NCBI RefSeq assembly: GCF_053078305.1
Contig: NZ_CP166879.1
Direction: 5' to 3' (one strand)
Length of the DNA stretch: 64,000 bases
Program-made: the position numbers and the translations under genes
Shown: one piece after another, positions 37,219 through 46,588 of the stretch
Position numbering within the stretch: the first letter of the stretch is position 1
How the letters are laid out: each line of letters opens with the position of its first letter
The notes under the pieces: generated by a model
The model's database searches: none
Seen by the model: only the letters and a program-made list of their open reading frames with translations
What the model was told of the DNA's origin: nothing

Positions 37219-38624
37219 AACTGGCACCGAACGTAAAACGATTACCGAAAGATAAATACACCGAAGCGGTTATTTTTGCGGGTATTGATGCTCACTCATT
37301 CGCAGAGCATTACATCATTGCACAGGCCAAAAAAGCAGGCGATCCAGTCCCTCCCGTTTATCTGGGGCGTTATCAGTTAAGCGAACTGGATAACCTCCAG
37401 ATTGTTGATGATGGGCGATACAGGGCGACGGTGATACGCGCCGGAAATATTGAAGAGCCGCAGCTGTTAACCATCGCCACGAAACTGGCGAGCGCCGGAG
37501 TCCAGGAGGCGCGGCTACTTTCTGAAAATTTCGAATTGCTGGAGGAATGGAGCGACCAGCTTCCACGGCTTAGGGAGGCATGGGAACGCGGGGAAAGCCT
37601 GGTCATGAAAAAAATTCCCCAGCGAAAAACCACGCTACCGATGAGCGTTGGATCTACCGGATACGACACACAGCTTGATTACGTGGTAAAGGGGATTATT
37701 CCGGCATCGTCGCTTTGCAGCATATACGGGGCGAGCGGTTCCTATAAATCATTCCTTGCCGGATCGTGGGCGTGTCACGTTTCCACGGGCCGCCAGTGGG
37801 GAGGCCGCAGGGTGGCGCATGGCGCTGTTCTCTATGTGGTTGGTGAAGGCGGTATCGGCGTTCCGCGTCGTGTAAAAGCCTGGGAGGTTGTGCACGGTGA
37901 GCAGGTGAAAAATCTGTATCTGGTAAACCGTCCCATCTTTCCGGCTGTCCCGCTTGATGTTGATGAACTGGTTATTGCTGCCAGTCAGGTGGAGAGGGAA
38001 ACGGGTAAACCTGTTCGCATGATTATTCTGGACACGCTGGCGCGTTGCTTTGGCGGCAATGATGAAAATGACTCCCGCGACATGGGGGCATTTATCCGTG
38101 GTTGTGACGAGCTTAAACGGCGCACAGGGGCTACGGTGCTGGTGGTTCACCATTCCGGCAAGGATGAAACAAAGGGGGCGCGTGGTTCCAGTGCATTTCG
38201 TGCATCACTGGACGCTGAATACCGGATACGCAGGGAGGACGCAGGAAGCGAAGCGCTGGTTATCTCATGCACCAAAATGAAGGACGCGGAGGAACTCAAA
38301 GAGGCTGCCTATGATTTGCGGGTGGTGGAGCTTTTTACCGACGCTGACGGGGAGTTAATTACGTCGCTGGTGGTGGTGGATAAGCCGCGCCCTCCCGTTG
38401 AACTGGAGCGCATCGAGGAGGCAGGCAACAAGACGGAAAACCATACCGCGCTATGGGGGTGCATCCGTTCACGCACACAGAACGGCGACAAGTGCACGAT
38501 CCCGCTGTTACGTGACGATATGAAAAAGCTGGGGTATGACACAAAACACCTTAAACGATGGTTAGCCAAACTGGAAAAAGACGACGTGATCTACATTGAC
38601 GGTGATGATGTAGGACCACTGTAA
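37215..38624 (+). CDS. Replicative ATPase/helicase (RecA/DnaB-like NTPase domain)
   Basis: 469 aa; Walker A GASGSYKS, Walker B ILDTL, ...VVHHSGKDETKGARGSSA... Confidence 0.75.
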   Translation: MKLAPNVKRLPKDKYTEAVIFAGIDAHSFAEHYIIAQAKKAGDPVPPVYLGRYQLSELDNLQIVDDGRYRATVIRAGNIEEPQLLTIATKLASAGVQEARLLSENFELLEEWSDQLPRLREAWERGESLVMKKIPQRKTTLPMSVGSTGYDTQLDYVVKGIIPASSLCSIYGASGSYKSFLAGSWACHVSTGRQWGGRRVAHGAVLYVVGEGGIGVPRRVKAWEVVHGEQVKNLYLVNRPIFPAVPLDVDELVIAASQVERETGKPVRMIILDTLARCFGGNDENDSRDMGAFIRGCDELKRRTGATVLVVHHSGKDETKGARGSSAFRASLDAEYRIRREDAGSEALVISCTKMKDAEELKEAAYDLRVVELFTDADGELITSLVVVDKPRPPVELERIEEAGNKTENHTALWGCIRSRTQNGDKCTIPLLRDDMKKLGYDTKHLKRWLAKLEKDDVIYIDGDDVGPL

Positions 38625-38826
38625 AAAGTGGGCATTAAAAGTGGGAAAGGTGGGCGATTTAACGTAATTTTAACAAAATCACCCACTTTCCCACGTGTAT
38701 ATATCCCAAAAAGTGGGCACTAAAAAAATACCTATGAAACAAGATGATATAAATCCCAAACTTCCCACGTTGGACGAAGTGGGAAAACGTAAAAAGTGGG
38801 CGAAAAAAGTGGGTAGAGGTGGGCGA
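38625..38826 (+). repeat. Iteron array (AAGTGGG-type repeats), putative satellite ori
   Basis: About nine AAGTGGG / CCCACTT copies immediately downstream of helicase gene. Confidence 0.5.
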
Positions 38827-39078
38827 ATGACTCAAAAACACAGAGACAGAACAGAGCCAAAATATAAAGCGTTAGACATGACAGAGCACGCTTTAAAGGT
38901 GGCAATCAGGGTAATAGACCGCCACACGCGGGAAGGATACGCGAAGGAACATCCCGACCTGATAAGCGCATTCATGACCACAGCGGCGGCAAACTTTGCC
39001 ACGCTGACAGAACGGGAGATAGCCGAAGCGGAACAGGTAACAACCATCAACGTTAAAACCGGAGAGGTGGAATCATGA
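38827..39078 (+). CDS. Hypothetical protein
   Basis: 83 aa from MTQKHRDR; upstream part of tracked ORF lies on iterons and is rejected. Confidence 0.35.
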   Translation: MTQKHRDRTEPKYKALDMTEHALKVAIRVIDRHTREGYAKEHPDLISAFMTTAAANFATLTEREIAEAEQVTTINVKTGEVES

Positions 39079-39485
39079 CAGCACAGATAGCCGCTTACGG
39101 GCGGCTGGTGGACGACCCGCAGGTAAAACAAACCAGCAAGGGCACACCGATGACGCTGGCGCGTATGGCGGTATCTCTGCCATGCAGCCAGGCACAGGAC
39201 GGGCAGGCTACGTTATGGCTATCAGTGATGGCATTTGGTAAGCAGGCCGACTTCCTGGCTAAACATCAAAAAGGCGATGTTGCCAGCGTATCCGGCACGA
39301 TGCAGGTAAGCCAGTGGACCAGACAGAACGGGGAAACGCGGCAGGGTTATCAGGTTATTGCAGACAGTGTAATCAGTGCCCGTGCTGCCCGTCCTGGCGG
39401 GAGCAGACGTACAACCACAGGCACACAGGGTAATCAGCCACCAGCGGGAGGCGATGACCCTTACGGTGACGGTATTCCGTTCTGA
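39075..39485 (+). CDS. SSB-like single-strand DNA-binding protein
   Basis: OB-fold-like N-terminus, Gly/Pro-rich tail ending DDPYGDGIPF. Confidence 0.55.
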   Translation: MTAQIAAYGRLVDDPQVKQTSKGTPMTLARMAVSLPCSQAQDGQATLWLSVMAFGKQADFLAKHQKGDVASVSGTMQVSQWTRQNGETRQGYQVIADSVISARAARPGGSRRTTTGTQGNQPPAGGDDPYGDGIPF

Positions 39486-39495
39486 GGGGGTGACG

Positions 39496-39768
39496 ATGGT
39501 ACATGACCGCATAGCGGAGGAACTCGAGGCAAAAGGCTTTTACCGGAGGGCGGCGGCGCGATGGGGTGAAGTTATGCAGCTGGTGGAGACAGACAAGGAA
39601 CGGCATCAGGTTACGATGCGACGGCTGGAATGTTCCAGGAAGGCACAGAGGCCACCGGAGCCGCCGGATAACTTCGGAGACCTGAAAAAAGCAGTAGATC
39701 GCACTTATGCCGAAATGGGTATGGATGGTGTAAGCGATGAAATATGGCGTAATTACCCAGACAGCTAA
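39496..39768 (+). CDS. Hypothetical protein
   Basis: 90 aa, GAGGGGG RBS. Confidence 0.35.
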   Translation: MVHDRIAEELEAKGFYRRAAARWGEVMQLVETDKERHQVTMRRLECSRKAQRPPEPPDNFGDLKKAVDRTYAEMGMDGVSDEIWRNYPDS

Positions 39769-39774
39769 TCAACA

Positions 39775-39846
39775 GCCGGAGAAATCCGGCTTTTTTGTAC
39801 CCAAAAAAAGCCCGATAAGTACAGGAGGCATCTTATCGGGCTTTTG
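39775..39846 (+). terminator. Two tandem intrinsic terminators ending the replication operon
   Basis: GCCGGAGAAATCCGGC+U6 and GCCCGATAAG...CTTATCGGGC+U4. Confidence 0.5.
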
Positions 39847-40007
39847 CATATGAGGTTTTTTTGGTGCACTGACACACATGATCGGGGTAATCATTTCATA
39901 ATTTGCAACACAACTCAACATCATTGCACAAAATGCAATCCTGATTATAATCAGAGCTGGATGAACATCCAGTTCTGATTTTTTAAGTCAAAGAGGAATT
40001 TCTTACT

Positions 40008-40214
40008 ATGGCTGAAGAGAAAAAAGGCGGTGTTTCGGTGTACATAAGCCCCGAAATCGTGGAGGTGCTCAAGCAGCGCCACAAAAAAAACTATGAGGCT
40101 GGCGTAGCGGCTGGACTGGATCCGCTGATGACGCCGGAGCCGTCGATAGGTTCACTTGTGCGCTCTTATTTACTTGCGGCGCTTGGGATGCATAAAAATT
40201 ATGGTGGTGAATAA
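40008..40214 (+). CDS. Hypothetical protein preceding capsid gene
   Basis: 68 aa, AGAGGAA RBS. Confidence 0.4.
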   Translation: MAEEKKGGVSVYISPEIVEVLKQRHKKNYEAGVAAGLDPLMTPEPSIGSLVRSYLLAALGMHKNYGGE

Positions 40215-41269
40215 TGACAGTAAAAGCAATGGCACTTACAACTAACCAGCTTTTCGCGTACCTGAATCGCGGGGATATTGCAGAATTTAAATTCAGTCCG
40301 CTGTTTACCACGCTGTTTTTCCCGAACGTGGCGACCTTCAACACCCAGAACATCATGCTGGACACCCTGGACATTGAAGAGGTTACGATGTCAGCGTTCT
40401 GTTCGCCTATGGTGGGTAGTCAGGTCCAGCGCGATAAAGGGTACGAAACCAGCACGATTAAACCAGGCTACATGAAACCCAAACACGAAATCGATCCAAC
40501 AAAAACCATCATGCGCATGGCTGGAGAAGATCCGGCACAGCTTAACGACCCTACCTACCGCCGTATGCGCCTGATTACTGGCAACATGCGCCGCCAGATA
40601 AACGCCATTAAAGCGCGCGTGGAATGGCTGGCGGTGAATGCGATAACGACCGGAAAAAACATCATTGAGGGCGAAGGCATAGAACGCTATGAAATCGACT
40701 GGAAAATACCGGAAAACTGCATCATAGAGCAGGCCAAGGGTAAAAAATGGTCCGAGCATGATAAAGATATTTACGATCCAATCTATGACATCGAACTATA
40801 CGCAGATCAGGCAGGTTGCCCCGCCAACGTCATGATTATGGGCGCTGAGGTATGGCGCACGTTACGCAGCTTTAAAAAATTCCGCGAACTGTACGATCTT
40901 TCCCGTGGTTCAGAATCCGCCGCAGAACTGGCCTGTAAAAACCTGGGTGAAGTAGTGAGCTTTAAAGGCTATCTGGGCGATATTGCCCTTATCGTCTATT
41001 CCGGCAAATACACTGACAGCGACGGTACCGAAAAATATTTCCTTGAGCCTGATTTGCTGGTCCTGGGTAACACCAACAATAAAGGGCTGGTGGCCTATGG
41101 TGCGATTATGGATCAGGAAGCGGTAAGAACGGGCGCAACGCAAAACATGTTCTACCCGAAAAACTGGATTGAAGACGGCGATCCGGCGATTGAGTACGTT
41201 CAGACGCACAGCGCACCGCAGCCGGTACCGGCAGATATTCGCAAATTTGTTACCGTCAAAATTGCTTAA
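40214..41269 (+). CDS. Major capsid protein paralog (gpE-like) encoded by satellite
   Basis: Shares blocks PGYMKPKHE, GEDPAQLNDP.YRR, VVSFKGY.GD.A.VV, DGTEKY with prophage E at 46646. Confidence 0.8.
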   Translation: MTVKAMALTTNQLFAYLNRGDIAEFKFSPLFTTLFFPNVATFNTQNIMLDTLDIEEVTMSAFCSPMVGSQVQRDKGYETSTIKPGYMKPKHEIDPTKTIMRMAGEDPAQLNDPTYRRMRLITGNMRRQINAIKARVEWLAVNAITTGKNIIEGEGIERYEIDWKIPENCIIEQAKGKKWSEHDKDIYDPIYDIELYADQAGCPANVMIMGAEVWRTLRSFKKFRELYDLSRGSESAAELACKNLGEVVSFKGYLGDIALIVYSGKYTDSDGTEKYFLEPDLLVLGNTNNKGLVAYGAIMDQEAVRTGATQNMFYPKNWIEDGDPAIEYVQTHSAPQPVPADIRKFVTVKIA

Positions 41270-41280
41270 CGGGGGATTCT

Positions 41281-41616
41281 ATGGACACTCCATACATTGA
41301 GTTATTTGCAGGCAGTCAGCAGGTATCCACGACGCTGGTACATTTTGCCGCTGATGCTGGCGTTATTCAGGAATTTACCCCGCTGATGCTGGCGGACAAT
41401 GGCGAGTTTAAGCCGTGGGATGGTCAGGAATCTGGCAAGGCTGTTTATCTGACCTCGTACCCCGTGGACACGTCAAAGCAGAAATCAGCACAGTGTTACA
41501 AGACGGGGATATTTAATATCGCCGCCGTAAACTGGCCTGAGAGCGCCGACACTGACGCGAAAAAATGCGCCGCCTTTGCGGGTTCTGGCGTATCCGTTCA
41601 GCCGCTGGCGCGATAA
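41281..41616 (+). CDS. Head decoration protein paralog (gpD-like)
   Basis: 111 aa; TPLMLADNG..KPWDGQ and YKTGIF motifs shared with prophage D. Confidence 0.7.
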   Translation: MDTPYIELFAGSQQVSTTLVHFAADAGVIQEFTPLMLADNGEFKPWDGQESGKAVYLTSYPVDTSKQKSAQCYKTGIFNIAAVNWPESADTDAKKCAAFAGSGVSVQPLAR

Positions 41617-41628
41617 GCAGGGGAAACG

Positions 41629-42042
41629 ATGGCAACGAATGAAAGCATCATGGCGCTACCGCTGGCGAGTAAATTTAAAGCAGAAGCGCGGGCAATGGCT
41701 GACAGAGGTTTATCAACCTACGAGGCCGTATATCAACTCAACAAACTGGAAGAGCAGGACAAGCCGCGCGCTGATGCGATTATGGCGCTTCATGAACATA
41801 ACGACTATCAGCCGCTGTTACGTGCAATGGCAAACGTGCCATGTATTAGCGTCGATAATGCTCGTGAAATCCTGAACATGACCATAGAGCAGGAGCGCCC
41901 AAAGGTTGCGCCGGAGCTTACCGCAGCCTTTGAAAACTTTATGGACATGCACAGCCCGAAAGCCGTATCACCCGGCATGGCATACGACGGCAGAAACCAG
42001 GGCGATGAAGGCGACGTCGATCGCATACTGAAAACCATCTGA
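41629..42042 (+). CDS. Scaffold-like protein (Nu3-like C-terminus)
   Basis: C-terminus ...AAFENFMDMHSPKAV... parallels prophage C/Nu3 tail ...ALFEHFMANHSPAAV... Confidence 0.5.
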   Translation: MATNESIMALPLASKFKAEARAMADRGLSTYEAVYQLNKLEEQDKPRADAIMALHEHNDYQPLLRAMANVPCISVDNAREILNMTIEQERPKVAPELTAAFENFMDMHSPKAVSPGMAYDGRNQGDEGDVDRILKTI

Positions 42043-42072
42043 CATAAGGCCGGAGAAATCCGGCTTTTTTTA

Positions 42073-42150
42073 CGGGTCCTTTCCGGCATATGGACCCGTT
42101 ACGGGGCGGCGACCTCGCGGTTTTTCGCTATTTATGAGCTTTTTTCGGGT
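42073..42150 (+). other. Satellite cos site (cosN 42104-42115)
   Basis: About 48 bp identical to prophage cos (GGGTCCTTTCCGGCATATGGACCCGTTACGGGGCGGCGACCTCGCGG), then divergent. Confidence 0.65.
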
Positions 42151-42236
42151 GCTGGTGGTGGTTTTGTTGTTCGCTCTATCTCTATGAATAAAAAGGGAAA
42201 GATAAAACCAATACACCAACCTGAAACATTACTTAA

Positions 42237-42791
42237 GTGGGGATATTGATGAAATCGCACCTGATGAACAAAAAAAACATGGCGCAAAGCTGCCGTGTAA
42301 GTGCGACAGCGTTCGACAAGTGGGGAGTGACTCCCGTTGAACGTAAAGGACGCGAGGCTTTTTACGATGTTGCCAGCGTGATAGACAATCGGGTAAGCAA
42401 TGCAATTAACCAGGTTACAAACGACAAAGGCGAGATTGATGATGATGAACTCTTACGAGTCAGGATCAGATTACTGACCGCCCAGGCTGAGGCGCAGGAA
42501 CTTAAAAACGAGCGCGATCGCGGTGACGTAATTGATACTGAGTTTTGCCTGTACGCGCTTTCAAAGCTGGCGAGTCAGATTTCTTCAATCATGGACAGTT
42601 TGCCGCTTACCATGCAAAGGCGCTTCCCGCAGATTACTCCCGCTATGCTGGATGGGCTTAAAAGGGAAGTGGTTAAAGCCTGTAATGCCAGTGCCACAGT
42701 TGCCGACAACCTCCCGAAGATACTGGCTGATTACCTGATGGAAACTACCGGAGACGTACCGGAGAAGTTGCTACAGAAGAAAGGCGAGTAA
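42237..42791 (+). CDS. Terminase small subunit homolog (Nu1-like; possible packaging redirector)
   Basis: ...FCLYALSKLASQISSIMDSLPLTMQRRFPQI... parallels Nu1. Confidence 0.65.
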   Translation: MGILMKSHLMNKKNMAQSCRVSATAFDKWGVTPVERKGREAFYDVASVIDNRVSNAINQVTNDKGEIDDDELLRVRIRLLTAQAEAQELKNERDRGDVIDTEFCLYALSKLASQISSIMDSLPLTMQRRFPQITPAMLDGLKREVVKACNASATVADNLPKILADYLMETTGDVPEKLLQKKGE

Positions 42792-42959
42792 CAGACGCGC
42801 AATTATTGAACAAAAGTAAGGCCCGACATGAAATCACCCAAAAATGCCTTTTTCATGCGTTTGTATGTCTGACCTTTTACGGTTTCGATATTATAAAAAA
42901 CAAATAGTTACGCTCGAGAGGTACCGACACGCATTTTTCAGGAAAATTTTCATAAACAG

Positions 42960-43020
42960 ATAAAAACCGCGAGGTCGCCGCCCCGTAACGGGCCATAATT
43001 CCAGGAAGGACCCGACGACA
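42960..43020 (-). other. Second, inverted cos-like site (cosN complement 42972-42983)
   Basis: Minus strand reads CCCGTTACGGGGCGGCGACCTCGCGG...TTTATGAAAATTTTCC. Confidence 0.5.
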
Positions 43021-43047
43021 CCAGGCTATCAGAACGATGAGGGCACA

Positions 43048-43329
43048 ATGACAGAAGCCGAACTACTGGGATTAATCCGCTACGTTACCGGAATCAGCCA
43101 GCAGCATGACGAACAGGCCACGCAGCCGGACAGCGTGACCGCTGAAAATTATGCGCGTGTTGTTGCTGAGGTGATGCGCCGTGATGGTATCCAGCTTAAT
43201 GATGCAGATATGCGCGACATACGGATCCGCGTTCTTGAAATGCTGGCCTACCGTCGCCGCGTGCAGACGTACAGGGAAAAAGCAAAAATAACGTACCAGT
43301 GGAAGAAGCCGGAGCGATTACGGCGGTAA
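43048..43329 (+). CDS. Hypothetical protein
   Basis: 93 aa. Confidence 0.35.
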   Translation: MTEAELLGLIRYVTGISQQHDEQATQPDSVTAENYARVVAEVMRRDGIQLNDADMRDIRIRVLEMLAYRRRVQTYREKAKITYQWKKPERLRR

Positions 43330-43929
43330 CTTGCTGATATTCCCGATAACGCAAAATTGCGCTCTGTCCTAACCCGTTGATATTTTCGGGAACAGCCAAC
43401 GGCTGAGGCCGGAACAACGATTATCTTTCAGATAGTCAGAGCTACGAAATTTTCGTAGTTTAATTACTCGCCAGTTTATCGTTAACTCGTTGATATTTTC
43501 GGTAACCTCAATTTGAGGAGATCGGAAACATAACCCTTCACATTCTGAATGGTTATAATGACCACTCAGACCATCAAGGCAACCATAACGAACATCGTTA
43601 CGGTTGGAGCTTTTACCCCACTGGGGGGAAGGTGCACATCTGGATCATCATTACCGTGATCAAGGGTATGTAAAACCCACCAGCCTGATTAACTGTTAAC
43701 CGGAAAAAAGCCAGGTAGCCAATCTCGATATGGGGATCCCCATATCGACATTAACGCCCCCTAGAACTGCGCATATCTGCATATAAAAACATCCACCAGC
43801 TTTATGACGGATGCCGCTCATCTGATAAATAATCGTGTATTGCAATGTGTATTGCGACTCCTTTAAACGATAGGTTTGAGCATTCGTAATGTACTGTTTT
43901 TAAATTTTATTTTTTCCTGTCTTTTCATA

Positions 43930-43942
43930 AAAGCCATGTATG
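43930..43942 (+). repeat. Right att core AAAGCCATGTATG
   Basis: Direct repeat of 32091-32103. Confidence 0.5.
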
Positions 43943-44709
43943 CAGCGACGATTGAAAGTGAACTTGATACCGAAAAGGCCTTTGAATATATCGCCGGTGC
44001 GCCGCAGGGGCAGAAGGATAATCCGCTTATTAATATTCTGGATAAGTTCTCCACCTGGTATGACACGAATATCGTGACGCTGGGCGGTGTCAAAATTCCG
44101 CACCTTTTCCCCGGTGATGATCTGAAACTTCAGACCGCGCAGGATTCAGACAATGGATTTTCGGCGCTTGAACAGGCGCTGCTGCGGTATATCGCCGCCG
44201 GTCTTGGCGTTTCCTACGAACAGTTGTCCCGTGATTACTCGAAGGTCAGTTATTCAAGTGCCCGCGCCTCCGCCAATGAGTCGTGGCGCTATTTTATGGG
44301 ACGACGAAAATTTATTGCAGCCCGGCTGGCCACGCAGATGTTTTCCTGCTGGCTGGAAGAGGCACTTCTTCGGGGGATTATCCGTCCGCCACGGGCACGT
44401 TTTGATTTTTATCAGGCGCGTTCAGCCTGGTCGCGGGCAGAGTGGATTGGCGCAGGAAGAATGGCCATTGACGGGCTCAAGGAGGTCCAGGAATCAGTGA
44501 TGCGCATTGAGGCCGGACTGAGCACGTATGAGAAAGAGCTGGCGCTGATGGGTGAGGATTATCAGGACATTTTCCGCCAGCAGGTCAGGGAATCCGCAGA
44601 GCGGGAAAAAGCCGGACTCTCACGTCCGGTGTGGATAGCGCAGGCGTATCAGCAGCAGATAGCAGAGAGCCGCAGGCCGGAAGAGGAGACAACACCACGT
44701 GAGACGTAA
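43930..44709 (+). pseudogene. Portal protein (gpB-like), C-terminal ~256 codons
   Basis: Resumes at ...AATIESELDTEKAFEYIAGAPQGQ...; the tracked ORF start at 43876 lies in inserted DNA. Confidence 0.75.
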
Positions 44710-46204
44710 TCTTTCACACATTATTGCCGCAGCATTCAATGAACCGCTGCTTCTGGAGCCCGCCTATGCGCGGGTTTTCTTTTGCGCGCTCGGGCGCGAG
44801 ATGGGGGCAGCAAGTCTTTCGTTACCACAACAGCAGGTACAGCTTGATGCTCCCGGGATGCTGGCTGAAACGGACGAGTACATGGCCGGAGGTAAACGAC
44901 CGGCCCGTGTTTACCGGGTGGTGAACGGTATTGCGGTACTGCCGGTGACCGGCACGCTGGTGCACCGGCTGGGTGGTATGCGGCCATTTTCCGGAATGAC
45001 AGGCTATGACGGCATTGTTGCCTGTCTTCAGCAGGCAATGGCGGACACCTCTGTCCGGGGCGTACTGCTGGATATTGACAGTCCGGGCGGGCAGGCCGCC
45101 GGTGCGTTTGACTGCGCTGACATGATTTACCGCCTCCGGCAGCAGAAGCCGGTCTGGGCACTGTGTAATGACACGGCCTGTTCTGCGGCCATGCTGCTGG
45201 CGTCGGCCTGCTCCCGACGGCTGGTTACCCAGACATCCCGTATCGGCTCCATTGGCGTGATGATGGGCCATGTCAGCTATGCCGGTCATCTGGCGCAGGC
45301 CGGAGTGGATATCACGCTGATTTATGCCGGGGCGCATAAGGTGGATGGCAATCAGTTTGAAGCGTTGCCGTCAGAGGTTCGCCAGGACATGCAGCAGCGG
45401 ATTGATGCGGCGCGCCGGATGTTTGCCGAAAAAGTGGCGATGTATACGGGGCTGTCTGTGGAAGCTGTCACGGGGACAGAGGCTGCCGTTTTTGAAGGTC
45501 AGTCCGGTATTGAAGCCGGGCTGGCGGATGAATTAATCAATGCGTCGGATGCCATCAGTGTGATGGCTGCGGCGTTGAACACACATGATACAGGAGGCAC
45601 TATGCCGCAATTAACTGCAACGGAAGCCGCCGCGCAGGAGAACCAGCGAGTGATGGGGATCCTGACGTGTCAGGAAGCGAAAGGACGTGAACAGCTTGCC
45701 ACGATGCTGGCAGGACAACAGGGCATGAGCGTTGAACAGGCCCGGGCGATTCTGGCCGCGGCGGCACCACAGCAGCCGGTGGCATCCGCGCAGAGTGAAG
45801 CCGATCGCATTATGGCGTGTGAAGAAGCTAAAGGTCGTGAACAACTGGCGGCAACGCTGGCGGCGATGCCGGATATGACGGTGGAAAAAGCCCGCCCGAT
45901 CCTGGCGGCTTCACCGCAGGTGGATGCCGGCCCCTCACTCCGTGATCAGATTATGGCTCTGGATGAGGCAAAAGGGGCTGAGGCGCAGGCTGAACAGCTG
46001 GCTGCCTGCCCGGGAATGACAGTGGAGAGCGCCCGGGCTGTGCTGGCTGCGGGATCAGGTAAGGCAGAACCGGTTTCTGCATCAACAACCGCCCTGTTTG
46101 AACATTTCATGGCGAACCATTCACCGGCAGCCGTGCAGGGTGGCGTGTCACAGACGTCGGCAGACGGTGATGCGGACGTGAAAATGCTCATGGCCATGCC
46201 ATGA
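44699..46204 (+). CDS. Head protease/scaffold (gpC with in-frame Nu3-like C-terminus)
   Basis: S49-type peptidase region ...DIDSPGGQAAG...; three ~36-aa tandem repeats near C-terminus. Confidence 0.8.
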   Translation: MRRNLSHIIAAAFNEPLLLEPAYARVFFCALGREMGAASLSLPQQQVQLDAPGMLAETDEYMAGGKRPARVYRVVNGIAVLPVTGTLVHRLGGMRPFSGMTGYDGIVACLQQAMADTSVRGVLLDIDSPGGQAAGAFDCADMIYRLRQQKPVWALCNDTACSAAMLLASACSRRLVTQTSRIGSIGVMMGHVSYAGHLAQAGVDITLIYAGAHKVDGNQFEALPSEVRQDMQQRIDAARRMFAEKVAMYTGLSVEAVTGTEAAVFEGQSGIEAGLADELINASDAISVMAAALNTHDTGGTMPQLTATEAAAQENQRVMGILTCQEAKGREQLATMLAGQQGMSVEQARAILAAAAPQQPVASAQSEADRIMACEEAKGREQLAATLAAMPDMTVEKARPILAASPQVDAGPSLRDQIMALDEAKGAEAQAEQLAACPGMTVESARAVLAAGSGKAEPVSASTTALFEHFMANHSPAAVQGGVSQTSADGDADVKMLMAMP

Positions 46205-46240
46205 AGTCAGTGCTGACCATCAATATGAGGTTTTTACAAT

Positions 46241-46588
46241 ATGGTAACGAAAACCATCACTGAACAACGTGCGGAAGTACGTATTTTTGCCGGTAATGAT
46301 CCGGCTCATACCGCCACAGGCAGCAGCGGGATTTCTCAGGCAACACCGGCACTGACGCCCCTGATGCTGGATGAAGCCAGCGGGAAACTGGTGGTCTGGG
46401 ACGGACAGAAAGCCGGTAATGCGGCTGGCATACTGGTACTGCCGCTTGAAGGCACAGAGACGGTGCTGACGTATTACAAGTCGGGGACCTTTGCGACGGA
46501 GGCAATCCGCTGGCCTGAAAGTGTGGATGAACACAAAAAGGCCAACGCCTTTGTCGGCACAGCCCTGAGTCACGCGGCGCTGCCGTAA
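46241..46588 (+). CDS. Head decoration protein (gpD-like)
   Basis: 115 aa; ...NDPAHTATGS...TPLMLDEASGKLVVWDGQ...YKSGTF... Confidence 0.8.
   Translation: MVTKTITEQRAEVRIFAGNDPAHTATGSSGISQATPALTPLMLDEASGKLVVWDGQKAGNAAGILVLPLEGTETVLTYYKSGTFATEAIRWPESVDEHKKANAFVGTALSHAALP

Larger units (their letters stand above)
32091..43942. mobile_element. ~11.8 kb integrative satellite (PICI-like) inserted in portal gene
   Basis: 13-bp direct repeats at both junctions; P4-type integrase, AlpA, replication module, iterons, capsid paralogs, cos, TerS-like gene. Confidence 0.7.

Noticed and set aside
43876-43929. First 18 codons of the tracked portal C-terminal ORF
   Set aside because: Portal homology begins only at the att core (~43930); upstream codons are read-through from satellite DNA.
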